From contig OZ116708.1 in NCBI GenBank assembly GCA_964199315.1, positions 2,542,001-2,606,000 on the forward strand: a stretch of DNA of 64,000 bases, in the 5' to 3' direction. The DNA is from Orbicella franksi. Its lineage: Eukaryota. Shown here in pieces: positions 24,543 through 46,511 of the stretch (positions within the stretch are counted from its first letter, which is position 1; the number at the start of each line of letters is the position of its first letter). The notes beneath the pieces were generated by a model. That model was not told the DNA's origin. It was given only the letters and a program-made list of their open reading frames with translations, and made no database searches. The translations under genes and the position numbers were made by a program.

Positions 24543-27500
24543 ATGGATTTGGAACTGCCTGCCGGCTTCACAGACCTCCTGCAAGAATTCACGGTTCATG
24601 TTTTGCAAGAGAAACCTGACGATATCGTCGATTTTGCAGCCAATTACTTTATGAAACTCAAATTGAAAGAAAAGCGTTCAAAGGACGGAACAAAAAGAAA
24701 ATCGAAAGGCGTTAGCTTTCAGAATGAGGAAGTAAATGGAGATGGTAATTCTGATGATGAAGACGACGACGAAGAAATTGGTATGAACTGTTCAAAGCTG
24801 CTAAATTAAGTCACCCGTACGACATGGTAGCGATCGGCAAGGTCTCGATACTCCGGAAGGATCTCAAGAACCCTTCAGGCGTATATTTCAGTAGCTTTTC
24901 ACCTTTTGCGACTTCTAGAACTTTGTATCTCATTAGCTATAGATTACTGTTTAAACTTAAAGCTTCTGTTCTTTCAGATTAGAGTATGGCTTGCTGCAGT
25001 TAGAACTGCAGGCGTGCGATTTGAATTTAGCCCATCTCGCTAAAACGTTCATCTCGCGAAGAAAACTCTGTAGAGGTTGATTCTTGTACTTCTCTAACTG
25101 ATCAGTTTGTTTTGAATATTTCAGAACCACCAAAAAACCGCTATGCAAGGCGCCAGTCTGGTAAGTTACGAAATGTGCAAGTAGTTTTGTTGCTCGTTTC
25201 TCGTCATGTTAATGTCCTTTTCATGCGTGAAAAATTTGATTGTAACTCTGCTACCTGGTGAGCGTTTAATTCGCGTATATTTTTTATGTTGCTTTAAATT
25301 CGTACGTTAAACGTTATGACCTAATGGAAGATTAAACGCCCCTCAGACCTTTCATGAAAGTGTACTAACAGTGAAAAGGGAAAGAGAATTCGTTCGCACA
25401 AGACGTAATTTTCATAACCGGCCAAATTGTTTGATGGCTTATCTCTTTCAGTTTGTGCAGAACCACTGAACCCCGACTCGGACGAGGAAGGCGACGAGAA
25501 TCCGGTCAGTAAGGCATTAGTCAATTATCGTTTACGCTTGTTATGTTTGTATATTGGATGCAAAGAAATCTACATTATTTTGCTTAAATTAAGCCGGGTT
25601 TTTGTTCCATTGTTGGTTCTGGTGATTTAATTTGCAAGAGATTAGATCAATTTCGGGGAAAAAATATCTAGATCTTCGCCCGCAGCAAGTTAGTCATGAA
25701 ATTAAAACGCAGCAACTTTTTGATATAGTTTAAGTATATTTATTGAAAGAATGTGGCGTCTAGTTGTAATTAGCTTTTAAATGTTAATACGTTTCTTATG
25801 CTGGTTGTGATATTGTGTGACTGACAACTTGAAAGTAAAAAGCTATCAACGCCATTATCGTCATCATTAAAATTCAAGTACAAAAGTGTTTAGATGCATT
25901 GTCTGTTAAAATATTCAATTATAATTTGTGTATCCTAGCAGTTATTGAATTTCAGTAATTCAGTGGCCACTGTTGTTATAGACTAGCCTGAATTCCAGCC
26001 ACCATCCTCTGGTACTTAATCCTGAGAAATTTTTTTGCAAATCGTAAAGCCTCTAAGACAGTCCTGTGGCATAATAGACCATAATATCACTTTTGTTTCA
26101 ATTCTTTAATTCCCTAAATTTTACTTCCTTTCAAATCCAGGTTGTCTACCCCAAAACTGATGATCAGCGGAAACGTTTAAATGATGCAGTCAAGAATATC
26201 TTGCTTTTTAAGAATGTTGATCCAGTAAGTTTTGACTGTGAAAGCTTTTCTTAAACCAATATTTGCAGTGTCTTGCTGTGTGATCTGAAATATTCAGTAG
26301 TTATCGCAATTATAGCAATTCAATGGGTAGTTCCAAAAAAAAACCATACTCCATCCCAAGGAGGTTATTTGGAAACTCCAAGGGGGAGGGAGTAGCAAAA
26401 GCCAAAGTTTTAAAAGAAAAAAGTTTACCAAAAAAAGCAACCTTTATGAGAATTAATTGATGGGTTCGTGCGTTAACTGCAAACTGTGGTCCCTATAAAA
26501 ATATTTATTTTTGAGTCAGTTGTGTCTTAGGTCAGATCATAAAGAGGAAGGCTGTTTTTTTTACAGGGACAGTATGACAGTAAAACACCAGGTTTTAAGA
26601 GAGTTTGTATGTTGATTCAAAAGCTCTTGGACTCATTGATTTCTAGGAACAACTAAATGAAGTGCTTGATGCTATGTTTGAGAGAAAAGTGCAACCTGGA
26701 GATCATGTTATAGATCAAGGAGATGATGGCGACAACTTTTATGTTATAGACAGGTATGTGTGGCATTTTGTGGATTATGACTTGAAGGAGCTACATGTAA
26801 CTGTCATGGGTGTCACAGTCTAAAAAAATTAGCCCAAGTATTTCAAGTTTACCAATAAGTTGCTGCAGTCTTTGCTGATATCAACTTTTCTTAGTCCAGT
26901 TTCTTTTATTATTGTTTTTATTTTAATTACTTTTTGCTACTTTAGCAATCTTTCACGTAAGATTTCCCTCAATTTGAATATGATATTGCACCTTCAGGGC
27001 TGTGCTCTAGAAGCACCCAGGTGACACAGGCTACTCACTTTTGCGTTTAGGTGACTGGAAAAACTCACTTTTTTCATATAAGCATAAGTGCTGGACACCC
27101 AGGATTCATGGTTAGCAACCTCTTTGCTCCTTGTAATTTTTCTTGTACCACAGCCTTGATCTTACTAGAAAGTACTCAATTAGATACATAATGACATGGA
27201 GCTCCTTCAAGGTTCTTCGGGTGGTTTTATAACTCACTGGGGGAGCAATTTTGCACTTGAGTAATAAGGTCATGGATTCATTCAAAGCTCAGTGGATTTT
27301 TTATTTCTAATCTTTGTAAACCTTTTACAGGGGAGTCTATGACATTTATGTGAAAATTGATGGCCAAGATAAACTGGTAAGCAGTTATGATAATCATATG
27401 ATTACTTTAATACTTTGGGCCCAATAAAGGAGGGCCCACAGTGGTATATTGATTTTTGACAAGTGTCTGTTTAAAATACTGAAATTTATTGACTAATGAA

Positions 27501-30500
27501 ATTTTGCATGCTTTATTTCCCATTTGAAACAGGATTTTGCTGTTTAAGTAATGTCAGTAGGAACAATTCCTCCGTCTGTCTTTCATGTCAGATAGGTGAA
27601 TCTATGGCAATAATGCTCTCTAGCAAGAGGCTTGGATCAATTTTGCAAGCAGAATTTTGAACATGATTCACTAATTTCTGCAGTTGGAATTCTGCAGGCA
27701 GAATTGTAGTTGAGCAGAATTGCAGTAGAATTCAGGCAGGGCTCAGAAAAATCAATAAAAATTAACACAAAGGATAGAGTATGTTTGAAATTTAAAAACA
27801 ATGAAAATTAATGATTCTCAACTAGCATTGTATGGCATGTAAGTTTACTTCAGCCATAGAAAATCATCTCAGCAGCCTTACGTAAAAGCTCACAGTAGTC
27901 ATTTACGTTATAGCAGGCAGTATTACAACTCAACTGTACCATGCTGAATTCAAGCAGAATTTTAGTGCTTGAGCAGGCCTGTTCATGGTAGAGGAACTTC
28001 CTCTGTTGGCACCTGCACGTTCCTGTGGTTTATAAACATTCATTGACAGAACTAAATATTCATTTTGATTGGTTTGATTCATGACAGGTGGGAGCATACA
28101 ATGAGAAAGGAAGCTTCGGTGAACTGGCGTTGATGTATAACACACCAAGGTAATTGATTTCGAACCCCTTTTGTAAACACTCTGACATTAATTTCCTTTT
28201 AAGCAAAATGCGACAACTGCAAGCTCAGTACCTTTGTTTTTGTAGGGCGGCAACAATAGTTGCAACTTCAGAAGGAGTTCTCTGGGCTCTGGTAAGGATC
28301 TTGACTTTTGGATGAGAATCACTTTGACAGTTTGATTTTTTTAGCACATGTGCAGTCGTGGTCCCACTAGTTTTGATAGTTAAGGGTCCTTAGGATTCCT
28401 AGTTCCAAAGAGTTGGGGGTTCTTTTTGCTTTTCGGGGGTCTTTTGCCTATCTACTAAAATTTTCGAAACAGTAATGAGAGATCTGCGCGAGTTCCTGAT
28501 TTGTATTTTGAACATTTATTTTATTGTCAACAGTAAGGATTTCAAATGTAGAATTCCCACTGCAATTTCCACTGGTCATAAATTTGTAAATTCAAATAAA
28601 CATTAGGTTTAAGTTTACACAAGTAAGTTGAGGGTGCCTTTGAATATTGAATGTATGTATGTATGTATGTATGTATGTATGTATGTATGTATATTGTTGT
28701 TGTTGGGATTTGATTTTAGATGGCTCCTTACCACAGAAAGTTTGTTGTAGGGTCACAATTAATATGCAAATTAATATTGTTTTATTTTTGTCATTCAACA
28801 GGACAGAAATACATTTAGAAGGATATTATTAAAGGCAGCAGCCAAAAAGGTAAACATTTTCTGGAGTTTTACAGTATAAGTGTACTATTAACAATGGTAG
28901 TAATATTAATATCCTTCTCCAGAAAATATCCATAGCCTCCCTTCCCATAGAAGGTCTTCATGGAAGGGCTTTTCATTTGAACCCCCAACCTCACCCTGTC
29001 AGATATTCCAGTTTTTTTTAACTTCATTCTTGCCTGTAAGATTTTTTCTTTAAATAGACCTCCCCAGTCTAATCATGAAAGTGATAAACAAATTGACAAC
29101 TGCAAATTGGGAGTCTGATTTGCAGAGGGTGTGAAAACAAGTGTGTTTAAAAATGTGAGGTGAAGATAGGAATTAAGTTTGGGAAAATGGTTGATTTAAG
29201 TACAAAAAGTGACCTTTTAAAATTATTTTGTTTTTATTTTTCAGAGAAAAGTTCATGAGACTTTACTGGAAAGTGTTCCCATGTTGAAGGAGATCACGGT
29301 AAGTTTGTTTCCCCGATAGATTTGTGAGCCTGCAGTGCATGTCAAGGGTTCTAGCCGACATGTTTTGTACGCAGTGCAGTCCACTTTTTTCACGCATTGC
29401 ATGCCGATATTGTTCTTTTTGGCCATTCATGAGCTATGAGAGCTATGAAGTTTTTTTACGCTTAAGATGTTATTGTTAGTTGGAATTCCTTTTTTTATTG
29501 CTGAACTGTATGCATTCAAATAGTGGGTTTTTTAAAAAAGTGTTAAATGTTTGTTAACAGGAGTATGAGAGGATGAACCTAGCAGATGCATTAGTATCCA
29601 AGAAATTTAAAGATGGAGATTGTGTGATACAACAGGTAAGATGCTAAGAGATGCTGAAAGTGATCATCAGTTCAAGGATACTGTCAATGTACCAAATCTA
29701 CTAGCAGGCATCCTACTTCAGCTGGTGGTAGGCATTAGGCCTTTTGGAGTTCCTATTGACCATTTGTTGTGTGACTATCCTTAAGTAAACACCTTAAAAT
29801 TCCATTAAGGGATGGACCATTATTTTTTGAGGGGGTTGGGGGAGGGGGGGAGGGGGTGAGAGTTGGGTAATTTTCTGGGGCATGAATTTTTTTTTCTCAC
29901 CTTTAGTTTGTGCATGATTGTTTAGGGTGGGTAATTGCTTTTGCAATATTTTTTATAAATTCAAACACAGGACCTGAATAGTAGCACTTGTTCAAAATTT
30001 TTTCCCCATTGCTCTCCTTGCATGAACTTTTTTGAGCAGTTTATGTTGTACAGGAATTTGTTTATGGAAACTCCCCCCCCCCTCCCTCTCAAAAAATAAT
30101 GATCTGTCCTAATAAACCAAGACCCATTTTTTCAGGTAAGAACTTAGAAGTTGATTGACAATTCATTTCTGTTGTTACTTAACTTGGTAAATAGACCTCT
30201 ATTTTCGCTTACTTGAGATTGAAAAATTCAAGTTGACAGTGAATCTTTGACATGCCCAAGTTTATTCTATGTTCTTTGCTTGTTACTGAATTCAGTAGGA
30301 TGTGACAAGCAGCAACAGAAATGTATTGTTTGACTGTGTTGATATATAGTTGCATTTTTGCAGGGAGACGAAGCAGACTGTATGTACTTTGTAGAGAGTG
30401 GAATGGCATCAATTAGGATATGCAATCAGGTATGGGTTTTCGGGACTACAATGTGTTTTACAGATGTAGTTTGTGTTTGCAAGTCCTCATAACCTATTCC

Positions 30501-31940
30501 AGTCAAAGTTTGATATAATTATTTAACAATTCTGACTTGACCACCTAGGATTAGGGGGGTAAAACTGATCAAAGTTATAAACATGTTGAGGGATCAATAA
30601 ATATTTGCATGTTCATTCCCTTACGTCTAGTTGGAGCCAAGTCAATATTTTAACCCATTGACTCCTGTGCCGGCCGTAACTGGCCGTGATGAGCCTTGGC
30701 CTTTCTTCCTTTTCTGATGTCATCACCTTTGACCAAAATTGGCATCATCTATGCTCAACTTCTGCAGGAGGAAAAGAACTTTCCAATGATACCCAGATCA
30801 GAGTGTTGGGCCCAATGGAGCCTGAGATGTGCACAAAAATGCTCAAAAAGTTGAGTGAAAAACTCAGAGCAAAATTTCCTGCCACTACACAGGCTACTCC
30901 ATGGCAAAAATTGGCCGTCTCGATGATGCTTTCTCAGAATGTTTTATACTGGAAGCGAGCACAGTAGAAGGAGAAAAGGAGAAAAGGAGAAAAAGGAAAG
31001 GCGCAAAAAAAAAAAAAAATAAAAAATAAATGAAAAGGTTGAAAAGCCTAAAGATGAGGTCAATTTCTCGTCCAAAAACAAAATTTTGATTTCTGCACAT
31101 GCCCAAGCAAGAATGTCGTAAAACGCAATGTTAGTGGAAAGAAAGACATGCTGTCATGTTGCAAATGCCTTTTTGAGTAGAGTGGAGCTTATTTCACCCA
31201 TATCCAGCCTGAAAATCTCCAAAATGTCCAAAAAATGCATTTTGGGCTAAAGTCTAGGAGTCAATGGTTTAACAAATTGAAATTTTCCATGACTTCTGTG
31301 GAACATTTCAAAAATTCAAGATTAAAGGTTTTGTGCTTTGAATGTTTTTTCTTTTTATCTAGGACGACCCTACTGAGGAAGTGGAATTGACACAGTGCAC
31401 TAAAGGAGGTTACTTTGGTGAACTGGCTCTTGTCACCCATAAACCACGTGCAGCCTCTGTGTATGCAGTTGGAGACCTTGTCTGTGCAGGTAGGATTTGA
31501 CTTCAGATTTTAGATTTCTGGGTTATATTAAATGCTCATGTAAGGTGCACAAACCCTGCTCTTGAACTGGCAAAGGGTGGAGGGGGTAGGGGTACACAAT
31601 GACATAGGGGAGGGGGTGTGGGTGTACTTCTATCCGATTTTACATCCTCTGAGGGCTTTGGTAAGTTATTAATATGGACAAGTTTGATTGGGGAAGGGCT
31701 TGTAAGCAGAATATATTTTTCCTAGCAAGACAGACTAGCCTAGAACTGGAGTGAAGTGGGAGATGTAAGCTTACATGCTATTATTGCAATCCCTAATAGA
31801 ACTAAATTTTTTTCCTAGTTCTCGATGTCCATGCATTTGAGAGACTTCTTGGCCCTTGCATGGATATTATGAAAAGAAGCATAGATGGCTATGAAGAGCA
31901 ACTCAAGAAATTGGGTTTAGGACATGCTGAACTTCGGTGA
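24543..31940 (+). CDS. PRKAR2: cAMP-dependent protein kinase type II regulatory subunit, 387 aa, 14 exons
   Basis: Exons 24543-24780, 25125-25160, 25452-25504, 26141-26224, 26647-26753, 27331-27376, 28088-28149, 28246-28291, 28802-28849, 29245-29298, 29561-29635, 30364-30429, 31363-31489, 31819-31940, all phase-consistent. D/D domain ([28 protein letters not shown]), RRQSV substrate-type inhibitor site (type II), and two cAMP cassettes [13 protein letters not shown] and [13 protein letters not shown]. Confidence 0.97.
28652..28692. repeat. (TATG)n microsatellite
   Basis: About 10 tandem tatg units in a PKA-RII intron. Confidence 0.95.
29809..30109. mobile_element. MITE in a PKA-RII intron
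   Basis: Termini gggatggaccattattttttgag ... ctcaaaaaataatgatctgtcc are inverted repeats. Confidence 0.65.
30654..31268. mobile_element. piggyBac-like non-autonomous element (TTAA target duplication)
   Basis: TTAA|cccattgactcct ... aggagtcaatggt|TTAA; 615 bp; no transposase ORF. Confidence 0.8.
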
Positions 31941-32337
31941 ATTTTAAGATCTAAAGACCATGATTTTAGAACTGTTTAAAGATGGCCTATTTTTAGACAC
32001 AAAGAACGTTTTAACATTTTACTTTCCCGATGCATCCATGGCGAAAAAGTTGTTTTGGTTTTAACTCTAAATGAGAAAATTGCTATTGCATTCATTTCGA
32101 TCAGTTCTGTATATTTATAAGTAAAAAAAAATTGTTCCTATTGCAGTTAGCGTTGGCATTGAAAAAATAAATTGGATAATTTATTGTTTAATAAGTTACT
32201 TTCTTTATACGTGAGAGATAAGAATGCATTAGAAATGTTTATTACAATTGTGGCAACTTCAACTGTAAATAAAGCATATTTATTAAAAAAAAAACAGTTT
32301 CTTTGGTGTTGTCTGCGGTAACTGAATGGGGTCTTAG

Positions 32338-32430
32338 TCATTAAGGCAGGGTCCATATTGACCCACTCTGCAGATTTCATATCATTCAGTTATGCAGTGG
32401 GTCAATCGATATGGACCCTGTCGTAATGAT
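32338..32430. mobile_element. Short hairpin-forming MITE-like palindrome
   Basis: tcattaaggcagggtccatattgacccact ... agtgggtcaatcgatatggaccctgtcgtaatga. Confidence 0.6.
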
Positions 32431-32433
32431 TAA

Positions 32434-32823
32434 GGCCCGAACCGCATATGAAAACGCATACTTTTTTATGTGTTTTTGCCTATCATCCACACCAAAACAC
32501 CCGAAAACACTGATGAAAACAGTATTGAAAGTAGAGCTGAAAATGCTCAGTTTCTAGTGTATAGGTGATAACAGAGGCTTTTGAAAACAGTGGTGAAAGA
32601 AGAGCCAGATACTGTCATTTCCATCACTGTTTTCTGCGTTTTTTAGTGTGGAATAATAGGCAAAAATGTATCAAAAAAATATGTATTTTAGAATGAAAAA
32701 GAATTACTGTGGACAGGCGAAAATGAAAAAAAAAAACCGAAGTGCTAGTGAGGTAAAAAATATGTTGCTTCATTTTCTTTGAAATGAAAACACTTTAGAA
32801 AACGCATTAGTGTGGTTGGGGCC
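32434..32823. mobile_element. PIF/Harbinger-type MITE with TAA target duplication
   Basis: TAA|ggcccgaaccgcatatg ... cattagtgtggttggggcc|TAA; internal GAAAAC repeats. Confidence 0.7.
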
Positions 32824-32970
32824 TAATATTTCAAGCCAAATTTCCAACCCCTTATGGGTTTTTGGTAAGGGGTAAGATATTGTGTTTCAAGTGGGTTCTT
32901 TAGCAAGATTCTACCACTATATGTTTTTCTTTTCATCGCTGTAGAATCAAATAAAACAGCTTACACAAGA

Positions 32971-33282
32971 CAGGGTTTGCACGGGTCATGGAAAACCTGG
33001 AAAGTCATGGAATTTAAGCAAGGGTCATGGAAAGCCATCAAAAAGCAATATGCTTTCCGAGAATAAAAAGGCAAAAAAAGAAAAAAATTAAAGAAATAAC
33101 TGACGAATCAGAAATAGGCTTTAATTTCAGTACAAAAAGACACAAGCATGTATTTTATCCATTATAATGCTGGAAAATATGTTAAATGATTGTTTTGATA
33201 CTACTGTGGAAAACTTGGAACGGTTATGGAAAAGGTCATGGAAAGTCATGAAATTTTGAAAGCTTAAAGAGTACAAACCCTG
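32971..33282. mobile_element. MITE with CAGGG termini (hAT-like)
   Basis: cagggtttgcac ... gtacaaaccctg; internal gtcatggaa repeats; no TSD retained. Confidence 0.65.
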
Positions 33283-34125
33283 CCAGAGAGTAATAATTAA
33301 AAGAACTTGAGAAAAGTGCTTTCATACACAGGTAAAGTTCATCAACTTTTATTACAAAATCATTTGGAAATTAACATTAAATGAACATTTCATGTGTGTG
33401 CAAGAGTGCTTACCATTTAGCTGGAAAGTACTAGGTTGAAAGTCAAATGCATCAGAAAAATTCTGGAAATCTCTCGACAAGTTGAAGCCAGGCTAGCCAA
33501 ATTATGGACTCCTTTTTTCACCGTTTGCTCATTTTTCCAGTTTTCAGATTCCCATCAGTAGAAAGGAACAAAAACTAAATTATGTATGGTAAAACAAAAA
33601 GTCCATCTTTTTTGCTTGGTCGGCTAATTTGGGAATTCAGTGATCATTCCAGTCAGTTCTTTCCTACAAATGGAAAGCCACCCAAGTGTATTTTGCCCCA
33701 AACCTTTTGAAAGAAGAGTTTTCACACCAATTCTCATAATGGTGATAATACAACAATACATTTTATAGAGATTAAATAAACCCATTTCCTTACAAAAGGC
33801 AGAGTGCAATTTTACAAAGCTTGAATCAACTTAGATTTAAAATTCATTAGATCCAATTTATGTGTTGTTTTGAAAAACAGCACAGTGCCCGCACATATGG
33901 CAAGTTTCTCAATGATTTCTTTAATGCGAGCATAAATATTCATCTAAGGGCTATTTATATAATACGTAATGCGCGAACTCTGAAGTACATGTACAACAAA
34001 ATAAAGAAAACATCAAAGACGTGTCAGTGTACAGTTTTACCAGAACACTTGTCACCAGCATTTCTCTAAACACCTTTGGTTTGATTTTTTACACAAGCAC
34101 TGACTTATAAAATATTGAATGTCCT

Positions 34126-34190
34126 TGCATACAAACATCAGGTGAAGTTTTCCCATAAACAGGGTTACAAACTTGACCATCATTTATGCA
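34126..34190 (-). ncRNA. SECIS element (form 2) in the TGR 3' UTR
   Basis: Minus strand: ugcaua-a-AUGAU-ggucaaguuugu-AA-ccc-uguuuau-ggg-a-aaacuucacc-UGAU-guuug-uaugca. Helix I 6 bp, GA quartet, helix II about 10 bp, AA 12 nt after the core, apical mini-stem. Lies about 130 nt after the in-frame UGA. Confidence 0.9.
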
Positions 34191-34314
34191 GACTGAAGTG
34201 TCGCGACTGTACTGAGAACATCCAAAGCAAAGTAAGAACCCTGCTGTCGCTCTTAGAATGAACAAGAGATAACTGACTTCTCTTCACATTCTAGGAAAAA
34301 CGCAACAGCAGGGC

Positions 34315-43804
<9,490 letters not shown>

Positions 43805-45502
43805 TTTGTTAGGAACTTCAGGCGAAGGCGTTCTTGCCCTCTTCAGGTTTGAAACTACAATACCAATGGTGGAAAAGAAGAAATTATTGGGACCAATAAC
43901 ATTTACACCTGATCACACTGAGGATATAGAGCGAGGATGTGACTGAGCATCTTCTTGAATGGCCGCAAGCCGCTCCAATTCCGCTTTTATGCTGGTCACG
44001 TGTTGCTTCCCGTTTTTTTGGTTTAGCTGTTTACCCAAGGTCAATATCACATAGCTGGGCTTCCTTGATAGGTCCGAAGCAGTTAGTTGAGAAACTCACC
44101 TCTTTTAGCTCGAAACCAATCAATTTGGCTCGATAAAAGACTGCTCTTCAGAACATGTGCTATTTACTACGTGTACATGACGTCACGCGAGAAATTCTCG
44201 CGCGCGCGGGAAAGCGATCCTGTCGATTTCAACCAGGCCCAAAGGTTTCTTCTACCCCTGGGCTTCGACCTTCGAGTTTGGTCGCAAAACAATACTGTTT
44301 ACAGATTTTCTCTGTCAACTTCGGTTATCTTTTAACAACAAACACGACGAGCCGGCACATAAATTACAAGACTCCGCTTATTAGCAAAGCGGCAAAAAGT
44401 CTTGAAAAGATTTGAAAATATAATGAGTCACGCCATACGTCATGTAACCCTTGAAGTTTTCGCAATTCCCTAATAGGAACAGGAAAAAATAATAAAACCA
44501 TTCCTTGTACGTGAATCCAGATTTTCCCTCTAGGAATCAAAGGTTCAAGTCACAAAATGTAGAGAGAAATAAATATTTTAACATTATTAATAATGAGACC
44601 TTAATTAATGGTCCTTAATGAATATCGACATGTGACAGATGTGGTCAGGCATTGATTACTGATGCAAAAAGTGCTTGAATAATTCTATCGATTTTCAAGG
44701 CTATGTACGCAAATTCATTTGAAAGAATCGGTTTAACGAAATTCTTATTTCATTGGAGACTATTTTTCGACATATTTCGTTTGTAGAGAAACAGCCTGGA
44801 TGCAAATCTCGAAGCAATAGCAGACATAATAGGATTGAGCTAGACGAGTGAAAGCTGCCGCTAGTTCCCCGGAATTCATTGTTATCAATTACGCATGTCG
44901 AAGCAGATTACCTTGCGTGCCTACGGCTATATCTTCTTCCATCGTTAATTCTGCTAGTGTTTCTTTATGAACTAGATTCAGCTGTATTTAAGAGGTTCCT
45001 TCAAGTTACTATTACATGCAGATTGGCCTGAAACGTGACTAGTGAAATCGCCAAGTCACGCTGAATGAGCACGCAAGGAGCATGACTATGCATAACGGTA
45101 AAAAACTGCAGCAACGTTAACTGTCACGTTGGCGGATATGTACGTACAGGAAGTTTAAGTGTGTTAAATGCGAAACTTCCCTCGTAGAAAGAGTTGCCTT
45201 CCGCCTTTATTTTATGTTCGATTTCTGCCGCTGTCTCGAGTCTGAAGCCTTTCGGGAAAGAAGCGCGGGATTTTTTCTCAGCTCGATTACCAACCGCTTT
45301 TCGACGTAGACCTGACTTGAGAGAGCGGCGTCAATATCAAGCCTACAATATGACTACAATACCGGACAAAATTAGTTGGGATACTTGAGCTGGATCAGGC
45401 ATCCAGCTCAAGCGTGAAAATTCCAAGTGTTTTCAATCCAGTACGTGACACCTTTTACTGAAGAAGCCCGAACGGCGAAACGTCTTTGGCCTGTACGAAG
45501 TT

Positions 45503-45658
45503 GGGCGTCGATAAAACCAGGAACAAGGGACATTCCGGAACATTCCGGAACATCGAATAATTACAATAATCATGAGAAATATGTAAAATTAAATTTTCAA
45601 AAATTAAATTAAACAAAATGCTCCGGGATGTTCTGTGTTCCTGGTTTTATCGACGGCC
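45503..45658. mobile_element. MITE (Harbinger-like termini)
   Basis: TIRs gggcgtcgataaaaccaggaaca / tgttcctggttttatcgacggcc; internal cattccggaa duplication. Confidence 0.75.
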
Positions 45659-46511
45659 TAAGAAGTTTGCTCCCTCTACACAGACTATATAATTACTAAT
45701 TACTAATTGTGTAATTTTACGTGCTTTGGAGCAGGTGCTTAAAAGGTTGGTGGAGCTGGGTGACAAATCTTATATAATCAAGAAACAAAAATACATACAA
45801 ACAAAGTCAAATGTTGTTCAAAATATCTTTTATTAAATGCAAATAATGCATCCTGTAGGAGATCTAAAAAATTTAAATACTCTTGTTTTAAGTGAAGACA
45901 TTTCACAAATATTTATTTCATTAAATTATGCCTGCTCCACAGTATTGAGATGAAAATTTCTTAAATATGTCATAAATATTTTAACCTAGCTGTAGAAAAT
46001 AACTTACTAAAAAGCTACAGACATATTTCAGTAGAAAAGCTTTAAATAACAGCGAGAGTGCTTTTCACTTAATCACTTGAGCATCAAACTTAATTCTCAT
46101 TTGCTTTAGTTTTGCACTGCCACAACAGAGACTTTTTGATTGGTTTTAAAATCTCACGAAAGTCTCTCATCCAATCAGAAGAAAAATCAAAATCAATTTA
46201 ATTGTGATTCGTTCATACACTTTTCCCTGCACTTGATGCCGTTCCTAAAGGTGATCGGCTGTAATCAATTTGGTTTTGGGTTTTTGATACTCAATTGAAA
46301 AGAGCTCAACAGGTCTACAATTCAGGGCACAAAATGCAGGAGAAAGTGTACAAGCGAGTCCAGTTACATAATTCAAAGCCAAAGCAAAGGTGAGTTTCAA
46401 ATAAATGCCCAAGCATCTAATACCAGATAACAGTTATTCTACAAAGGGATATCATTGTGGTAAATAATCTAATTGCAATTTTACATTGAAGACTACAAGT
46501 ATCTGCAGATG

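Noticed and set aside
45125-45311. Minus-strand exon-like frame GLRRKAVG...YPPT*
   Set aside because: No start codon, weak acceptor, and phase 1 is incompatible with the phase-2 donor of C12orf56 exon 10. C12orf56 already terminates at 46512.
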